From UHGV virus genome UHGV-1364324: DNA of 59,639 nucleotides, one strand, 5' to 3'. The position numbers and the translations under genes are program-made. Shown in pieces: positions 17,404-26,400 of this stretch; the first letter of the stretch is position 1, and each line of letters starts with the position of its first letter. Source of the DNA: a virus. The notes below the pieces were generated by a model. The model did no database searches. It was not told the origin of the DNA and worked only from the letters and a program-made list of their open reading frames with translations.

Positions 17404-18039
17404 ATGAAAATTTCAGATCGTGCGAAACGTGCCAGTCTGGAATTAAGTCCCGAACAGCTTAACTTCGCCAACCTGTGGCTAGATCGCGCAAATAACGGTC
17501 TGAGTAACGCCCAGTGCGTTTTAAGGTCTTATCCGGGTCATAACACTGAGGCGGCTGCAGCGACGACCGCACACCGTCTGCTGTCGAATACGAAGGTGTT
17601 AAACTATCTCGACGCAATGGGAAGTCATGCGCTGGAATCTGTCGGTGAATCGTTATCGTCCCGTGTCGAATGGTGGAAGCGTGCGGCAAGTACCGCTGAA
17701 GAATTGCTGGAACCGTTTTGCAAACGTGTAGTGATCCCCGGCGAGGACAACGACGAATGCAAACACCTGTGGGTGAACAGCACTGACGATATTCCGAACC
17801 ACCTGCAGCAATACGTGGTGCGTTACAAACGCTACCTGTTAGGCGGGTACACGCTGGAGACGCGCGAACTGTTTGATCCTAAGACGCGGGCGAAAGCATC
17901 GGAGAACCTGGATAAAATCACCGGGAATAGCGTTGAGCGTGTGGAATTGTCAGGGGCGGTCGGTAATCTGGTTCAGACGGTGCCGGACGGTGCCAACATT
18001 GAAGATATCGCCCAGTTGTATCAGAAGGCGTTGAAGTAA
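17404..18039 (+). CDS. terminase small subunit (Terminase_2/SPP1 G1P-like)
   Basis: LELSPEQLNFANLWL ... NAQCVLRSY ... AHRLLSN pattern of TerS family. Confidence 0.55.
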   Translation: MKISDRAKRASLELSPEQLNFANLWLDRANNGLSNAQCVLRSYPGHNTEAAAATTAHRLLSNTKVLNYLDAMGSHALESVGESLSSRVEWWKRAASTAEELLEPFCKRVVIPGEDNDECKHLWVNSTDDIPNHLQQYVVRYKRYLLGGYTLETRELFDPKTRAKASENLDKITGNSVERVELSGAVGNLVQTVPDGANIEDIAQLYQKALK

Positions 18040-18111
18040 GGTAAGCAGTACGTTGATATGTTTTATGCGAGAAAACAGCACACAGCGAAAACTAAACCGG
18101 TTTAGCAACCA

Positions 18112-18160
18112 TTTAAAAAAGAAGCCCGGACGTTACCGGGCAACCTTTATTAATTTTTCA
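18112..18160. terminator. bidirectional intrinsic terminator
   Basis: GCCCGG acgtta CCGGGC flanked by A-run upstream and T-rich downstream. Confidence 0.55.
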
Positions 18161-18485
18161 GTGCATCTTTCAACAACCGATACGTTTCAGGACAGTTACC
18201 CGCACCGCGTTCACGTTCGTAAGCAGCACTAATTGCGTCCCAATTTTCAATCACACCTTTGAACGATGGGACACGTTTTGCTATCAACGGGAAACTGTTT
18301 CTGATTTCTGGTACAGCCTCAACCAAAAACCAACAGCGGCGAAAGTCAGCAACATCAGACGGTGCACGAAATCCCCAGTCACCATCCATTTCATTACCCG
18401 TGTGAATGCAAACCATCGTCTTAGAACTTAGACCTGTTTCACCAGAGCACAACCACTGAATAATACGTTCCTGTTCTGTTTTCAT
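18150..18485 (-). CDS. hypothetical protein
   Basis: 111 aa. Confidence 0.45.
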   Translation of the reverse strand: MKTEQERIIQWLCSGETGLSSKTMVCIHTGNEMDGDWGFRAPSDVADFRRCWFLVEAVPEIRNSFPLIAKRVPSFKGVIENWDAISAAYERERGAGNCPETYRLLKDALKN

Positions 18486-18646
18486 TCTGTATCACCTTTT
18501 AAATATTTGTCGTCACCAGGAACCCAGAAACGGTCGCCAACATCAGGCGACGATTCCCAGGGCATTTTTTCAGTTACTTCCAGTTCCAGATCGCCGCGCG
18601 TGTTTTCAGCGATAATCTTCACGGGTACACCATCATAGGTTTTCAT
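18482..18646 (-). CDS. small hypothetical protein (about 54 aa)
   Basis: [21 protein letters not shown]...; ATGA overlaps on both sides; coordinates +/-1. Confidence 0.35.
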   Translation of the reverse strand: MKTYDGVPVKIIAENTRGDLELEVTEKMPWESSPDVGDRFWVPGDDKYLKGDTE

Positions 18647-18921
18647 TTGTTCCTGGCCTCCAGCATTGCATCAGCATAGGCGTATGCGCCTTTTGCATAA
18701 TAGGAAAACGCTTCACCGGGTGTATTGAATATTGGCTGATTTTCAGAGGAATGAGCTATTAACCCCTGTAATGCAGCGATCGCAAACTGATCACGAATGG
18801 TCAGTGTTTTCTGGTTGATTTCTTCCAGGGTTTCCGCTGACTGAAAATGAGAAAGACAGTTTTGACCTTCAATAGATTTATAACCCTGAGAGTGTTTATG
18901 TTCGGCATCACTACGTTTCAT
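18643..18921 (-). CDS. hypothetical protein
   Basis: 92 aa; ATGA coupling. Confidence 0.45.
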   Translation of the reverse strand: MKRSDAEHKHSQGYKSIEGQNCLSHFQSAETLEEINQKTLTIRDQFAIAALQGLIAHSSENQPIFNTPGEAFSYYAKGAYAYADAMLEARNK

Positions 18922-19832
18922 CGTTGAGCCTCCCCGCCCAGAGCGGTTACAAGCTGTTTGATCAGCGCTGAAAGTTCACCTGTCATCAGTGTAAAATCAG
19001 CATCAAACCGCGCTAACACGTCTTCACGATCGATATCGTCGTTCTGGTCGATCAGTTCGTCGCAGAATTTCAGGCGCGTTAAAATCGCGTCATCAGTCAG
19101 CGTGAACGTAACCCGCTGTTGCCAGTCCAGCGCCAGTTTAGTGACAACTTTCCCGGCTTCGATGTGCGTTGCGATTTCATCGCTTACCAGGTCCTGTTTC
19201 TTAACGCGGGCAATACCACCATCAGCCAGGATCGCTTTCAGTTCTGCCGCATCACCGATCGCGAAACCCGATGGTGCGTTGCCGGAACGGACCCATTCAG
19301 TCATCGTCAGTTCAACAGGATTTTCAATGGTCAGCGGGATAACCGGGAGACTACCCAGACTTTTACGCAGCAGCGCCAGTGCATCTTCAGCTTTGCGAGC
19401 GCTGGACGCATCGACAACAATCAGACCGCTCATAACATCGATCCACAACTGCGTGCGGCTGTCTTTGGTAAATGCTCGTGGTAACAGAGACTGCAACACT
19501 TCATCTTTCAGGCTGTCTTTCTCTGTTTTCTTCAGTTTACGACCCTGTTCACTTTCCAGTTTCGCAATACGCGCGTTCAGTTCCTGTTTAATAACCGGAC
19601 CGGGCAGGATTTTTTCCTGACGTTGCACGGTTAACAGATACTGAGTGTGCGATCGATGCGCCAGGGTCTGGCTGAAAGCAGTCGCCGGAACCCATCCAGT
19701 GCGTGCCGTATCCTGGGAGCCGCACGGCGTAAACTGGAACGGCAGCAACTGTTGTTCAATGGTTGCCAGTTGTGCCATCAGTGACATAGGGTTACTGATA
19801 CGGTAGATAATTGCGTTTTTAAAGAAGTTCAT
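18918..19832 (-). CDS. rdgC: recombination-associated protein RdgC homologue
   Basis: Full-length similarity to enterobacterial RdgC recalled from memory ([56 protein letters not shown]-terminus). Confidence 0.85.
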   Translation of the reverse strand: MNFFKNAIIYRISNPMSLMAQLATIEQQLLPFQFTPCGSQDTARTGWVPATAFSQTLAHRSHTQYLLTVQRQEKILPGPVIKQELNARIAKLESEQGRKLKKTEKDSLKDEVLQSLLPRAFTKDSRTQLWIDVMSGLIVVDASSARKAEDALALLRKSLGSLPVIPLTIENPVELTMTEWVRSGNAPSGFAIGDAAELKAILADGGIARVKKQDLVSDEIATHIEAGKVVTKLALDWQQRVTFTLTDDAILTRLKFCDELIDQNDDIDREDVLARFDADFTLMTGELSALIKQLVTALGGEAQR

Positions 19833-19834
19833 AA

Positions 19835-20032
19835 TTATTCGATTTCCTGTGGGTTAACTTTAATGGTTGTTTCGATTTTCGGTGTATTACCAGCCTTTGA
19901 TAATGTTTGATATTCGATTACGTCAACTTCAATAAACATACCGTTAGTAACAGCATCGTTTATTGCTACGTTCAGTTCATCTGTCAGATGCTTAATTTCA
20001 CGCTGGCGTGCCAGTGCTTCGGATAGTTTCAT
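19835..20032 (-). CDS. hypothetical protein
   Basis: 65 aa. Confidence 0.4.
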   Translation of the reverse strand: MKLSEALARQREIKHLTDELNVAINDAVTNGMFIEVDVIEYQTLSKAGNTPKIETTIKVNPQEIE

Positions 20033-20259
20033 GGTGACACCTTGTTAAAAGGGTTAATGGGTTTATTTTGGTTCCATTCAGGATACTCACAAACTAATGG
20101 GATATTTAGTTTACTGGCTAACTGTTCCGCATCGTGTTTAGACCATACAAACCATCCATAACCACCAGTAGGTGCAACATCCGCATTAGTTTTTACAGCA
20201 AAATATTCATTACCGTTTGGTGTCGGTGTCATAGTGACGAATAATTTCACCTTCAACAT
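20029..20259 (-). CDS. hypothetical protein
   Basis: 76 aa; start may be 20232. Confidence 0.4.
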   Translation of the reverse strand: MLKVKLFVTMTPTPNGNEYFAVKTNADVAPTGGYGWFVWSKHDAEQLASKLNIPLVCEYPEWNQNKPINPFNKVSP

Positions 20260-20392
20260 CCTCTTTAATGATCGGTACAGTTCCGCAGCGGCAGTTGATC
20301 ATTCGTTCACGACCGTTATCATCAACCGCTGCTGGGATGTAAGTTACGCCCGGTTCAAGTTCAACCGTGGGTGACCAGTCAAAGCGGGTCAT
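20210..20392 (-). CDS. hypothetical protein
   Basis: 60 aa. Confidence 0.35.
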   Translation of the reverse strand: MTRFDWSPTVELEPGVTYIPAAVDDNGRERMINCRCGTVPIIKEDVEGEIIRHYDTDTKR

Positions 20393-20613
20393 TTCCGGTT
20401 CCTTCTTTTCCGTGCATCGCGCCGGGACTGTGCAACACCAGTTTTACGGCGCGGCTGTCTGGTCGGTAACTGTTGGGTAACCTGTGGTGGTTTCAATCCA
20501 GTGGTAAATATTTCGAAATCACCGATCGTGAGTTTGCCCAGACTGCTCGCCTGTTCGCGGAACTGTTTCAACGTTTCGGAAAAAGGATAAAAACCTACAA
20601 TAATGTTGTTCAT
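20389..20613 (-). CDS. hypothetical basic-tailed protein
   Basis: 74 aa; Arg/Lys-rich C-terminus. Confidence 0.4.
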   Translation of the reverse strand: MNNIIVGFYPFSETLKQFREQASSLGKLTIGDFEIFTTGLKPPQVTQQLPTRQPRRKTGVAQSRRDARKRRNRK

Positions 20614-20882
20614 ACGTTCAGTACCGCGAAATCAGGCGACAGGCTGCGGTGATCGTGCTGCCCGGACCAGGTAAACGAAAAGGTGTAATCGCAGCGTTCA
20701 CCGTCGAATAAGAAGGGAATTTGAAACCCCGTATCGTCGGTGATGCGAACTTTTACGGGGTATTCAGCTTGTGGGTCGATAGCGATAATCTGACCGAAAG
20801 GTTTTGTTTTGCGCCGTGCGAGGACGTCGATTAGTTGTGGGTTGGTGATTTCCACATGTTGACCAACATGATAGATGGACAT
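20610..20882 (-). CDS. hypothetical protein
   Basis: Start MSIYHVGQ at 20882 with GGAG RBS just downstream of promoter. Confidence 0.5.
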   Translation of the reverse strand: MSIYHVGQHVEITNPQLIDVLARRKTKPFGQIIAIDPQAEYPVKVRITDDTGFQIPFLFDGERCDYTFSFTWSGQHDHRSLSPDFAVLNV

Positions 20883-20914
20883 TTTGTTGACTCCGGGTTG
20901 TGTGTACAACCAGA

Positions 20915-20960
20915 AGTCTATCGGGTAATTCGTAATCCGTCAAGAATTATTTTAAACCGT
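20915..20960 (-). promoter_or_regulatory. conserved-family promoter (UP + TTGACG, 17-bp spacer, TAGACT)
   Basis: rc TTAAAATAATTCTTGACG; overlaps 3' end of 20918..21124. Confidence 0.55.
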
Positions 20961-21124
20961 CCTGTACTGTCTATCGCGTAACAGATACCGTTGCTGTAAA
21001 CGGTAGTAGTCTGAGTAATTCTTTGATAATCGGTGCATTGGCTGCGAATACGTAAGTCATACGCAGACTGTACGACGAACCATGCAACCATTATTGCTAA
21101 CAATTTCAAAACAAATCTAAGCAT
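20918..21124 (-). CDS. small membrane/secreted protein
   Basis: Hydrophobic N-terminus MLRFVLKLLAIMVAWFVV; GGAGGG RBS. Confidence 0.45.
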   Translation of the reverse strand: MLRFVLKLLAIMVAWFVVQSAYDLRIRSQCTDYQRITQTTTVYSNGICYAIDSTGRFKIILDGLRITR

Positions 21125-21183
21125 TTCCGCACCCTCCTGTGTTTCCCCCAGAGTAGTGCGGATTTCCGGGGAGGCTATGGGGG

Positions 21184-21366
21184 TTAGTCTGATTTTAAGG
21201 CGAGGTGTTTTTCTACACCCTCTTTGACATCTCTTAGTGATCGTTCAAACCAGTTAACATGATTTACATAACTGTCAAATTTAAAACCTTTTGCGTTAAT
21301 TTTAGCAATGGTAATATCTCGTGCAGCGTTAATCATTGCTATTGTTATTTCGTCAGTCTGTTTCAT
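21184..21366 (-). CDS. hypothetical protein
   Basis: 60 aa. Confidence 0.4.
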   Translation of the reverse strand: MKQTDEITIAMINAARDITIAKINAKGFKFDSYVNHVNWFERSLRDVKEGVEKHLALKSD

Positions 21367-21518
21367 AGTTTGTGCACCTTAAAATTACAGCCGGAATAGC
21401 GATGTTTACCGCACAGTTTACAGCGGTGTTCTTCAGTCGCGTAGTTGCGTTCATCCCCGTGAATGGTTCTGAACAGATACCACTGATGTTTGCAAAAAAG
21501 ACGCTTGATGAAATTCAT
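21363..21518 (-). CDS. small zinc-ribbon protein (about 51 aa)
   Basis: C..H ... CKLCG ... C; ATGA overlaps both neighbours. Confidence 0.35.
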   Translation of the reverse strand: MNFIKRLFCKHQWYLFRTIHGDERNYATEEHRCKLCGKHRYSGCNFKVHKL

Positions 21519-21727
21519 TTACTCACTTTCCATTTGTTGTAGTCATTTTCAGTAATCACAACATCAACACCATAAATAAATTCAGTTATCTGCTGTTTAT
21601 TTATAAATCCACGCGTAAATATTTCGTCAAAGAAAACGCGGCAATCGCAATCAACAGTTATTTTTCTTACACCATAAGGCCAACCGTAATCTAAAACTTT
21701 AATCATTACTGCTTCTGTACGCGTCAT
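21515..21727 (-). CDS. hypothetical protein
   Basis: 70 aa. Confidence 0.4.
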   Translation of the reverse strand: MTRTEAVMIKVLDYGWPYGVRKITVDCDCRVFFDEIFTRGFINKQQITEFIYGVDVVITENDYNKWKVSK

Positions 21728-21932
21728 ATTTAATCACCCCGTGACCAGGCGCGAAGCAGACCGTATTGCGTTCTTTGAAAACCCATCCGGCTTGCTTCGC
21801 TTGTTTCAGGCAATCGCGAAAGTTTTCACCAGCGAATACGGTAACTTCAGTTGTGAAAAATGAACCTCTGGGTTGGTTGCACATTCGACAATCACAGTAA
21901 AGGTCCATTGAATATCCGCTAACTACAGGCAT
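21699..21932 (-). CDS. Cys-containing hypothetical protein
   Basis: 77 aa; CDCRMC. Confidence 0.4.
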   Translation of the reverse strand: MPVVSGYSMDLYCDCRMCNQPRGSFFTTEVTVFAGENFRDCLKQAKQAGWVFKERNTVCFAPGHGVIKYDAYRSSND

Positions 21933-22106
21933 CAGTAACCCCTCTTCGACTGGTATTCAATTTTGTTCAGTGTGTTTTGCACGATCTGCCATGAGCGCAT
22001 CATGAACAACGATGCACACTGTGATAACATCAGACAACGCGGTTGAACACTATACGCAGCGATTGTGTCCATATCATCAGATGTCAGGAGGAAACGCCAG
22101 GGTGTG

Positions 22107-22298
22107 TTATTCATGTTCGAGCCGTCCCAGCAGTTCGCGGATGTTTTGCAGAACGTGTTGCTTTGTCTGCGTCGTTACACAAACACCATCAGTACGCCCG
22201 AACGTGTCCAGCACCGTTTGAAGCGAGTGTTTAAGTTCAACGTAATGTGTGATTGGTATAGAAACCATCACCACTAATTTTCCGTCAGTGTTAGCCAT
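22107..22298 (-). CDS. hypothetical protein
   Basis: 63 aa. Confidence 0.35.
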   Translation of the reverse strand: MANTDGKLVVMVSIPITHYVELKHSLQTVLDTFGRTDGVCVTTQTKQHVLQNIRELLGRLEHE

Positions 22299-22303
22299 AA
22301 TGA

Positions 22304-22561
22304 TTACCCCGCTGTACTTTCAACCTGATTAGGAAATCTTAAAACCTCATCGAATACAGCACCGATACGATCCGCGCTGGGGATGAAATCACAACTCCCA
22401 TTGTCAACGGCTTCACATATTTCGTGGTAGCGCGTTACATCGAATAACGTCACATCACAATCACCAATGGTGGCAAATGCAATACGCTTTGATGGGCATT
22501 GCGCTAATATTTTATTTACTTTTTCAACCCATTTCCTTTCGGCGATTGTTAAAACGGCCAT
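22304..22561 (-). CDS. hypothetical protein
   Basis: 85 aa; GAGGG RBS. Confidence 0.45.
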   Translation of the reverse strand: MAVLTIAERKWVEKVNKILAQCPSKRIAFATIGDCDVTLFDVTRYHEICEAVDNGSCDFIPSADRIGAVFDEVLRFPNQVESTAG

Positions 22562-22571
22562 AATGAACCCT

Positions 22572-22748
22572 CTATTCGGTTATTTCTTCGTACTCAACAC
22601 CCCAGAAACCTGTAACCCATGATAGTTTTTCATATTTTAGTAGTGAGTTAGACCACATTAACTTATCACCACTGGCACTATCTAAAATTTCTGTGATTTC
22701 ACCAACCGTAACAAAAGTACAGTTTGATTTAGTAATTCTAACGTCCAT
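22572..22748 (-). CDS. small hypothetical protein (58 aa), first gene of leftward operon
   Basis: MDVRITKSNCTF...; GAGGG RBS in the leader duplicated at 26655..26675. Confidence 0.4.
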   Translation of the reverse strand: MDVRITKSNCTFVTVGEITEILDSASGDKLMWSNSLLKYEKLSWVTGFWGVEYEEITE

Positions 22749-22781
22749 CTTTTCTAAACCCTCTGTTCAGTTCATGTTCAA

Positions 22782-22830
22782 AGCATAACCGTGCATCTGC
22801 AATTCGTCAAGAATTATTTTAACCAATACC
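22782..22830 (-). promoter_or_regulatory. conserved-family promoter (UP + TTGACG, 17-bp spacer, TATGCT)
   Basis: 74-bp module 22755..22828 identical to 26655..26728. Confidence 0.6.
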
Positions 22831-22884
22831 AGCTACGATAACCCGTGGTAAACTGTACAGAACTGTTGAAAACGGAACATCACA

Positions 22885-24648
22885 ATGAATAAATTCGCTG
22901 GCAACATTCACAAGTACCCGCGCTGGCGGGACGCTTACGCAGAAGATGAACGGATCTGGCGCAAAGGTGAACCACGGCCTGATTACCGTCAGTGTTACAT
23001 CGACCGTATCAACCTGATAAACCGTATGCGCACCGATCGGGCGATCATTCCGGTACTGAAAAAGTATTATGAAACTAACCCGGTGGCGTTCATCCTCGAC
23101 TGGGCGTTTACCTACGATCCGCGTAACGTTGGTACGGAATTTCCGCCGAACATGCCGTTCTGTCTGTTTGAGCGTCAGATCGATATGATTCAGTTCGTTT
23201 ATGAAGCGCTCGAAGATAAAGAAAAAGGATTATGGGAAAAATCCCGCGACTATGGCGCAACGTGGGTAGCCTGCGGATTATCCGTGTGGGCCTGGCTCTA
23301 TCGTCCCGGTTCGTCAGTTGGCTGGGGGTCACGTAAAGAAACGCTCGTTGATAAACTGGGGGATCCTGACAGCATATTTGAAAAAATCCGCCAGATTATC
23401 CGCGCTCTGCCTCCTGAATTACGCCCGGTTGGTTACCGTGAAAAAGATCACCTGACGTTCATGAAATGTATCAACCCGGAAAACGGTGCAACAATCACTG
23501 GTGAGGCCGGGGATAACATCGGGCGCGGTGGTCGTAAATCAATTTATTTTCTCGATGAGGCTGCACACGTTGATCGCCCTGAACTGATCGAAGCGTCATT
23601 GTCAGCTAACACCAACGTTCGTATCGATATCAGTTCTGTTAACGGTGTCGGTAACGTTTTTTATCGCAACCGTAAAGCAGGTATTGAATGGGAGCCGGGT
23701 AAGAAAATACCCCGTGGTAAATTGCGCGTCATGGTTCTGGACTGGCGCGATCACCCGGCGAAAGATGATGAATGGTACAAGCGCGAAAAACAGTCATTCG
23801 CTGAAAAAGGTTTACAGCATATTTTCGCACAGGAAGTTGACCGCGATTATGCTGCAGCCGTTCAGGGTGTACTCATCAAAGCTGAATGGGCGCGGGCCGC
23901 ATTCGATGCGTTCAAAGATATCGCGTGGCGTAAAGCAAACGGTCTGCTTGCACCAGCAGGTAAACGCATTGCCGGACAGGATGCCGCAGACGGTGGTGAA
24001 GATGCGAGTGCACTGGTCGTTGCTCATGGTGTATTTATCACGCATCTACAACTTGACCACCGCAGCGCTGAACTGGCCGCACCTGGTATGCTGAATGCTG
24101 CGAACATGATCGGTGTTGATGAATACTGGTATGAAGTTAACGGCGTGGGTGCTGGCGTTAAAGTAGCGGCTAACGATCGTAAGGATACGTTGCGGTTCCG
24201 TGTTCGTCCGTGGTTACCGAACGGAAAAGTTGTCAATCCTGGCGGTGATATTATCGGCGGAACGATACCGGGCGATAAAGACCGTAAAACGAACAAAGAT
24301 TATTTCAGCAACTATAAAGCACAGGCATCATGGGCGCTGCGTATGCGTTGCCAGAGAATTTATAAATGGTACGTTGAAGGTCAACCACAGGATCCTGATG
24401 AGATTATTCTGATTGATCCGACAATGGAAAACGCGCAGCGTCTTGAGGCAGAACTATGCCAACCAACGTATAGCACTAATGGTGCGGGGAAAATAGTTAT
24501 TGATAAAAAACCAAACGGCTCTAAATCACCTAACTTTTTCGACGCAACCGTTATTGCTACTTCACCGAAGCGCGTAGAATTCGAGGAAGAAACGTTTACA
24601 GGTACAGTAAACGCTGTCGGAACACCAGATTACGGGAGTATATTCTAA
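22885..24648 (+). CDS. terminase large subunit
   Basis: 587 aa; deviant Walker A KSRDYGATW typical of TerL ATPase; nuclease-like C-terminal half. Confidence 0.8.
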   Translation: MNKFAGNIHKYPRWRDAYAEDERIWRKGEPRPDYRQCYIDRINLINRMRTDRAIIPVLKKYYETNPVAFILDWAFTYDPRNVGTEFPPNMPFCLFERQIDMIQFVYEALEDKEKGLWEKSRDYGATWVACGLSVWAWLYRPGSSVGWGSRKETLVDKLGDPDSIFEKIRQIIRALPPELRPVGYREKDHLTFMKCINPENGATITGEAGDNIGRGGRKSIYFLDEAAHVDRPELIEASLSANTNVRIDISSVNGVGNVFYRNRKAGIEWEPGKKIPRGKLRVMVLDWRDHPAKDDEWYKREKQSFAEKGLQHIFAQEVDRDYAAAVQGVLIKAEWARAAFDAFKDIAWRKANGLLAPAGKRIAGQDAADGGEDASALVVAHGVFITHLQLDHRSAELAAPGMLNAANMIGVDEYWYEVNGVGAGVKVAANDRKDTLRFRVRPWLPNGKVVNPGGDIIGGTIPGDKDRKTNKDYFSNYKAQASWALRMRCQRIYKWYVEGQPQDPDEIILIDPTMENAQRLEAELCQPTYSTNGAGKIVIDKKPNGSKSPNFFDATVIATSPKRVEFEEETFTGTVNAVGTPDYGSIF

Positions 24649-25352
24649 TGACCACGCTAACACTCTTGAGTAGTGAAACCAGTGACGATTTATTGACCAA
24701 AATCAATGATGCATTGAGTGATGGTAAATTTCTTTACGGTACAACAACAGTTTTACCGGGTGAGAGTCATAATCCGGTGCGTTTTTTCCAGTATGTCAGC
24801 GATATTGATATTACCAGCGGGGCAAGCGCTTATGACATCTGGCTACAGCAGGGTAACACAGGAAGTGAACAGGATTTTCTGGATAGTCTACAGGGTGCAT
24901 CCTACGTGCGCCAGAAATCAGAGGTAACCTGGTCTGGTATCTCACTGGTTATTCCAACCGAATCGCCGATCAACCTGATTAACGCACTGAAAGCACTCAC
25001 CCCCAGCGGTGGTACGTTAGCGCCATTCTTCAACACCACTGACAACAAACTGCACGTATTCAACCAGAACATGACGGTTAATTTTAAACTTAACCTGATT
25101 GGTTCATGGGCAGGATCAACCGAAAACCGCAGCATGACCCTAAATTTTGTCGGTACAACAGGTAACACACTGACTTATTCACGAGATAGTAGCGTGACCA
25201 GTGATAATGTATCGTTCAGAACGTTCCTGAGTATCGACCAGGATGGGAATATTGCAACGAACGGTACAGAGTTGACGATCGTCAGTAACGGTGCAGCGTT
25301 TACTGCTACACAGGTGCTATTGATTGCCGAACAGCTTGTTCCGACTCCTTAA
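24648..25352 (+). CDS. tail-fibre-like / virion fibre protein
   Basis: SAYDIWLQQGNTGSEQDFLDSLQG motif common in phage fibre proteins; TAATG coupling to TerL. Confidence 0.4.
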   Translation: MTTLTLLSSETSDDLLTKINDALSDGKFLYGTTTVLPGESHNPVRFFQYVSDIDITSGASAYDIWLQQGNTGSEQDFLDSLQGASYVRQKSEVTWSGISLVIPTESPINLINALKALTPSGGTLAPFFNTTDNKLHVFNQNMTVNFKLNLIGSWAGSTENRSMTLNFVGTTGNTLTYSRDSSVTSDNVSFRTFLSIDQDGNIATNGTELTIVSNGAAFTATQVLLIAEQLVPTP

Positions 25353-25359
25353 ATTGAAT

Positions 25360-25388
25360 AGCCCCGTTACTCCGGGGCGTTTTCATCG
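25360..25388 (+). terminator. intrinsic terminator
   Basis: GCCCCG ttactc CGGGGC GTTTTCAT. Confidence 0.6.
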
Positions 25389-25621
25389 CGGTAAACGTCA
25401 GCGCAGCCGTATTTATTTTCAGGATGATACACCTGTTCAACTTTCAATGCTGCCTGACACTCGTCCCAGGTAAGAACGTTATCATTTACAGGTTCAATCA
25501 TCGACCCGTTCAGAATGATTACTAACACGTATCCAATCAGCATTTTCTGAGAGTCTCCCGCCAGTCCAGACCGTGTAGATGGACATGTGCAACTACTGAA
25601 GGTGGGAAAGCAGAACCCCAT
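25367..25621 (-). CDS. hypothetical protein
   Basis: 84 aa. Confidence 0.4.
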   Translation of the reverse strand: MGFCFPTFSSCTCPSTRSGLAGDSQKMLIGYVLVIILNGSMIEPVNDNVLTWDECQAALKVEQVYHPENKYGCADVYRDENAPE

Positions 25622-25869
25622 TCAGTTTCGTAATCATTAGTTTCCGGTAACTCGTGCCAGGCACAAACTGTCCCATCGGCATCTGTGGTAATACACTTTG
25701 AACCTTCAGGAACATCCAAGCTCAAACCGAAATAATCAACTGTTTTCATTTTAATCAGACTAACCAGTGTCATTTTACAGTCCGGCGCTTCCTCGTGGAT
25801 ATCCCACGACTTACCGCAATGCGAGCACTGGTATTCATCATTGCAGCGAATAGCGTTTACATGGTTCAT
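25537..25869 (-). CDS. Cys-rich hypothetical protein
   Basis: 110 aa; CSHCG ... C. Confidence 0.4.
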   Translation of the reverse strand: MNHVNAIRCNDEYQCSHCGKSWDIHEEAPDCKMTLVSLIKMKTVDYFGLSLDVPEGSKCITTDADGTVCAWHELPETNDYETEWGSAFPPSVVAHVHLHGLDWRETLRKC

Positions 25870-26135
25870 GGTTGTTCCCCGATGTGACTGTTAATATTAC
25901 GGCTTGTTAATGGTTCCCAGCCTTTTTCAACAGCGATGTCAATACACTCAGCTAATGTATTAGCCTTAATTGGTACGCCGATTTCTACGTCATCATATGT
26001 TCGTTGGATTTGGTAACCATCAACTACATATAATATTTCAACTGCGCCATGCAACGTGTGCATTGACTGAAGCCATTCAATATGGTTCATTTCACAGTCT
26101 CCGGTACAAACCATTGTGAAGCCAGGTAAGCACAC
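25866..26135 (-). CDS. hypothetical protein
   Basis: 89 aa. Confidence 0.4.
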   Translation of the reverse strand: MCLPGFTMVCTGDCEMNHIEWLQSMHTLHGAVEILYVVDGYQIQRTYDDVEIGVPIKANTLAECIDIAVEKGWEPLTSRNINSHIGEQP

Positions 26136-26398
26136 CCAGCGATCTTGTGCTCGTGTTTCGGTTCGAAACTAGCCAGAATCACTTTGATATGTTTGTGGGC
26201 GTCTTTGAAATTTACACCTTCTACTGCAACAGCGTAATTTTCCAGACCCTTGTAAAACCATTTGCTAACCCATCTGTTCCACGGGTTAGAGTCTTTGAAA
26301 AACTCTTCTGGGATACTACCCATTGCCGGGAGAAATTTAGCAAGGTTTTTTGGTCCGAAAACAATATTACCAGAGGTGATGTTTTCAATCGGTTTCAT
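26087..26398 (-). CDS. hypothetical protein
   Basis: 103 aa. Confidence 0.45.
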   Translation of the reverse strand: MKPIENITSGNIVFGPKNLAKFLPAMGSIPEEFFKDSNPWNRWVSKWFYKGLENYAVAVEGVNFKDAHKHIKVILASFEPKHEHKIAGCAYLASQWFVPETVK

Positions 26399-26400
26399 TT

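Noticed and set aside
21932-22114. 60-aa minus ORF 21932..22114 and plus ORFs 22012..22277
   Set aside because: Mutually overlapping alternatives with no RBS; the region may instead hold one shorter gene, so coding assignment left open.
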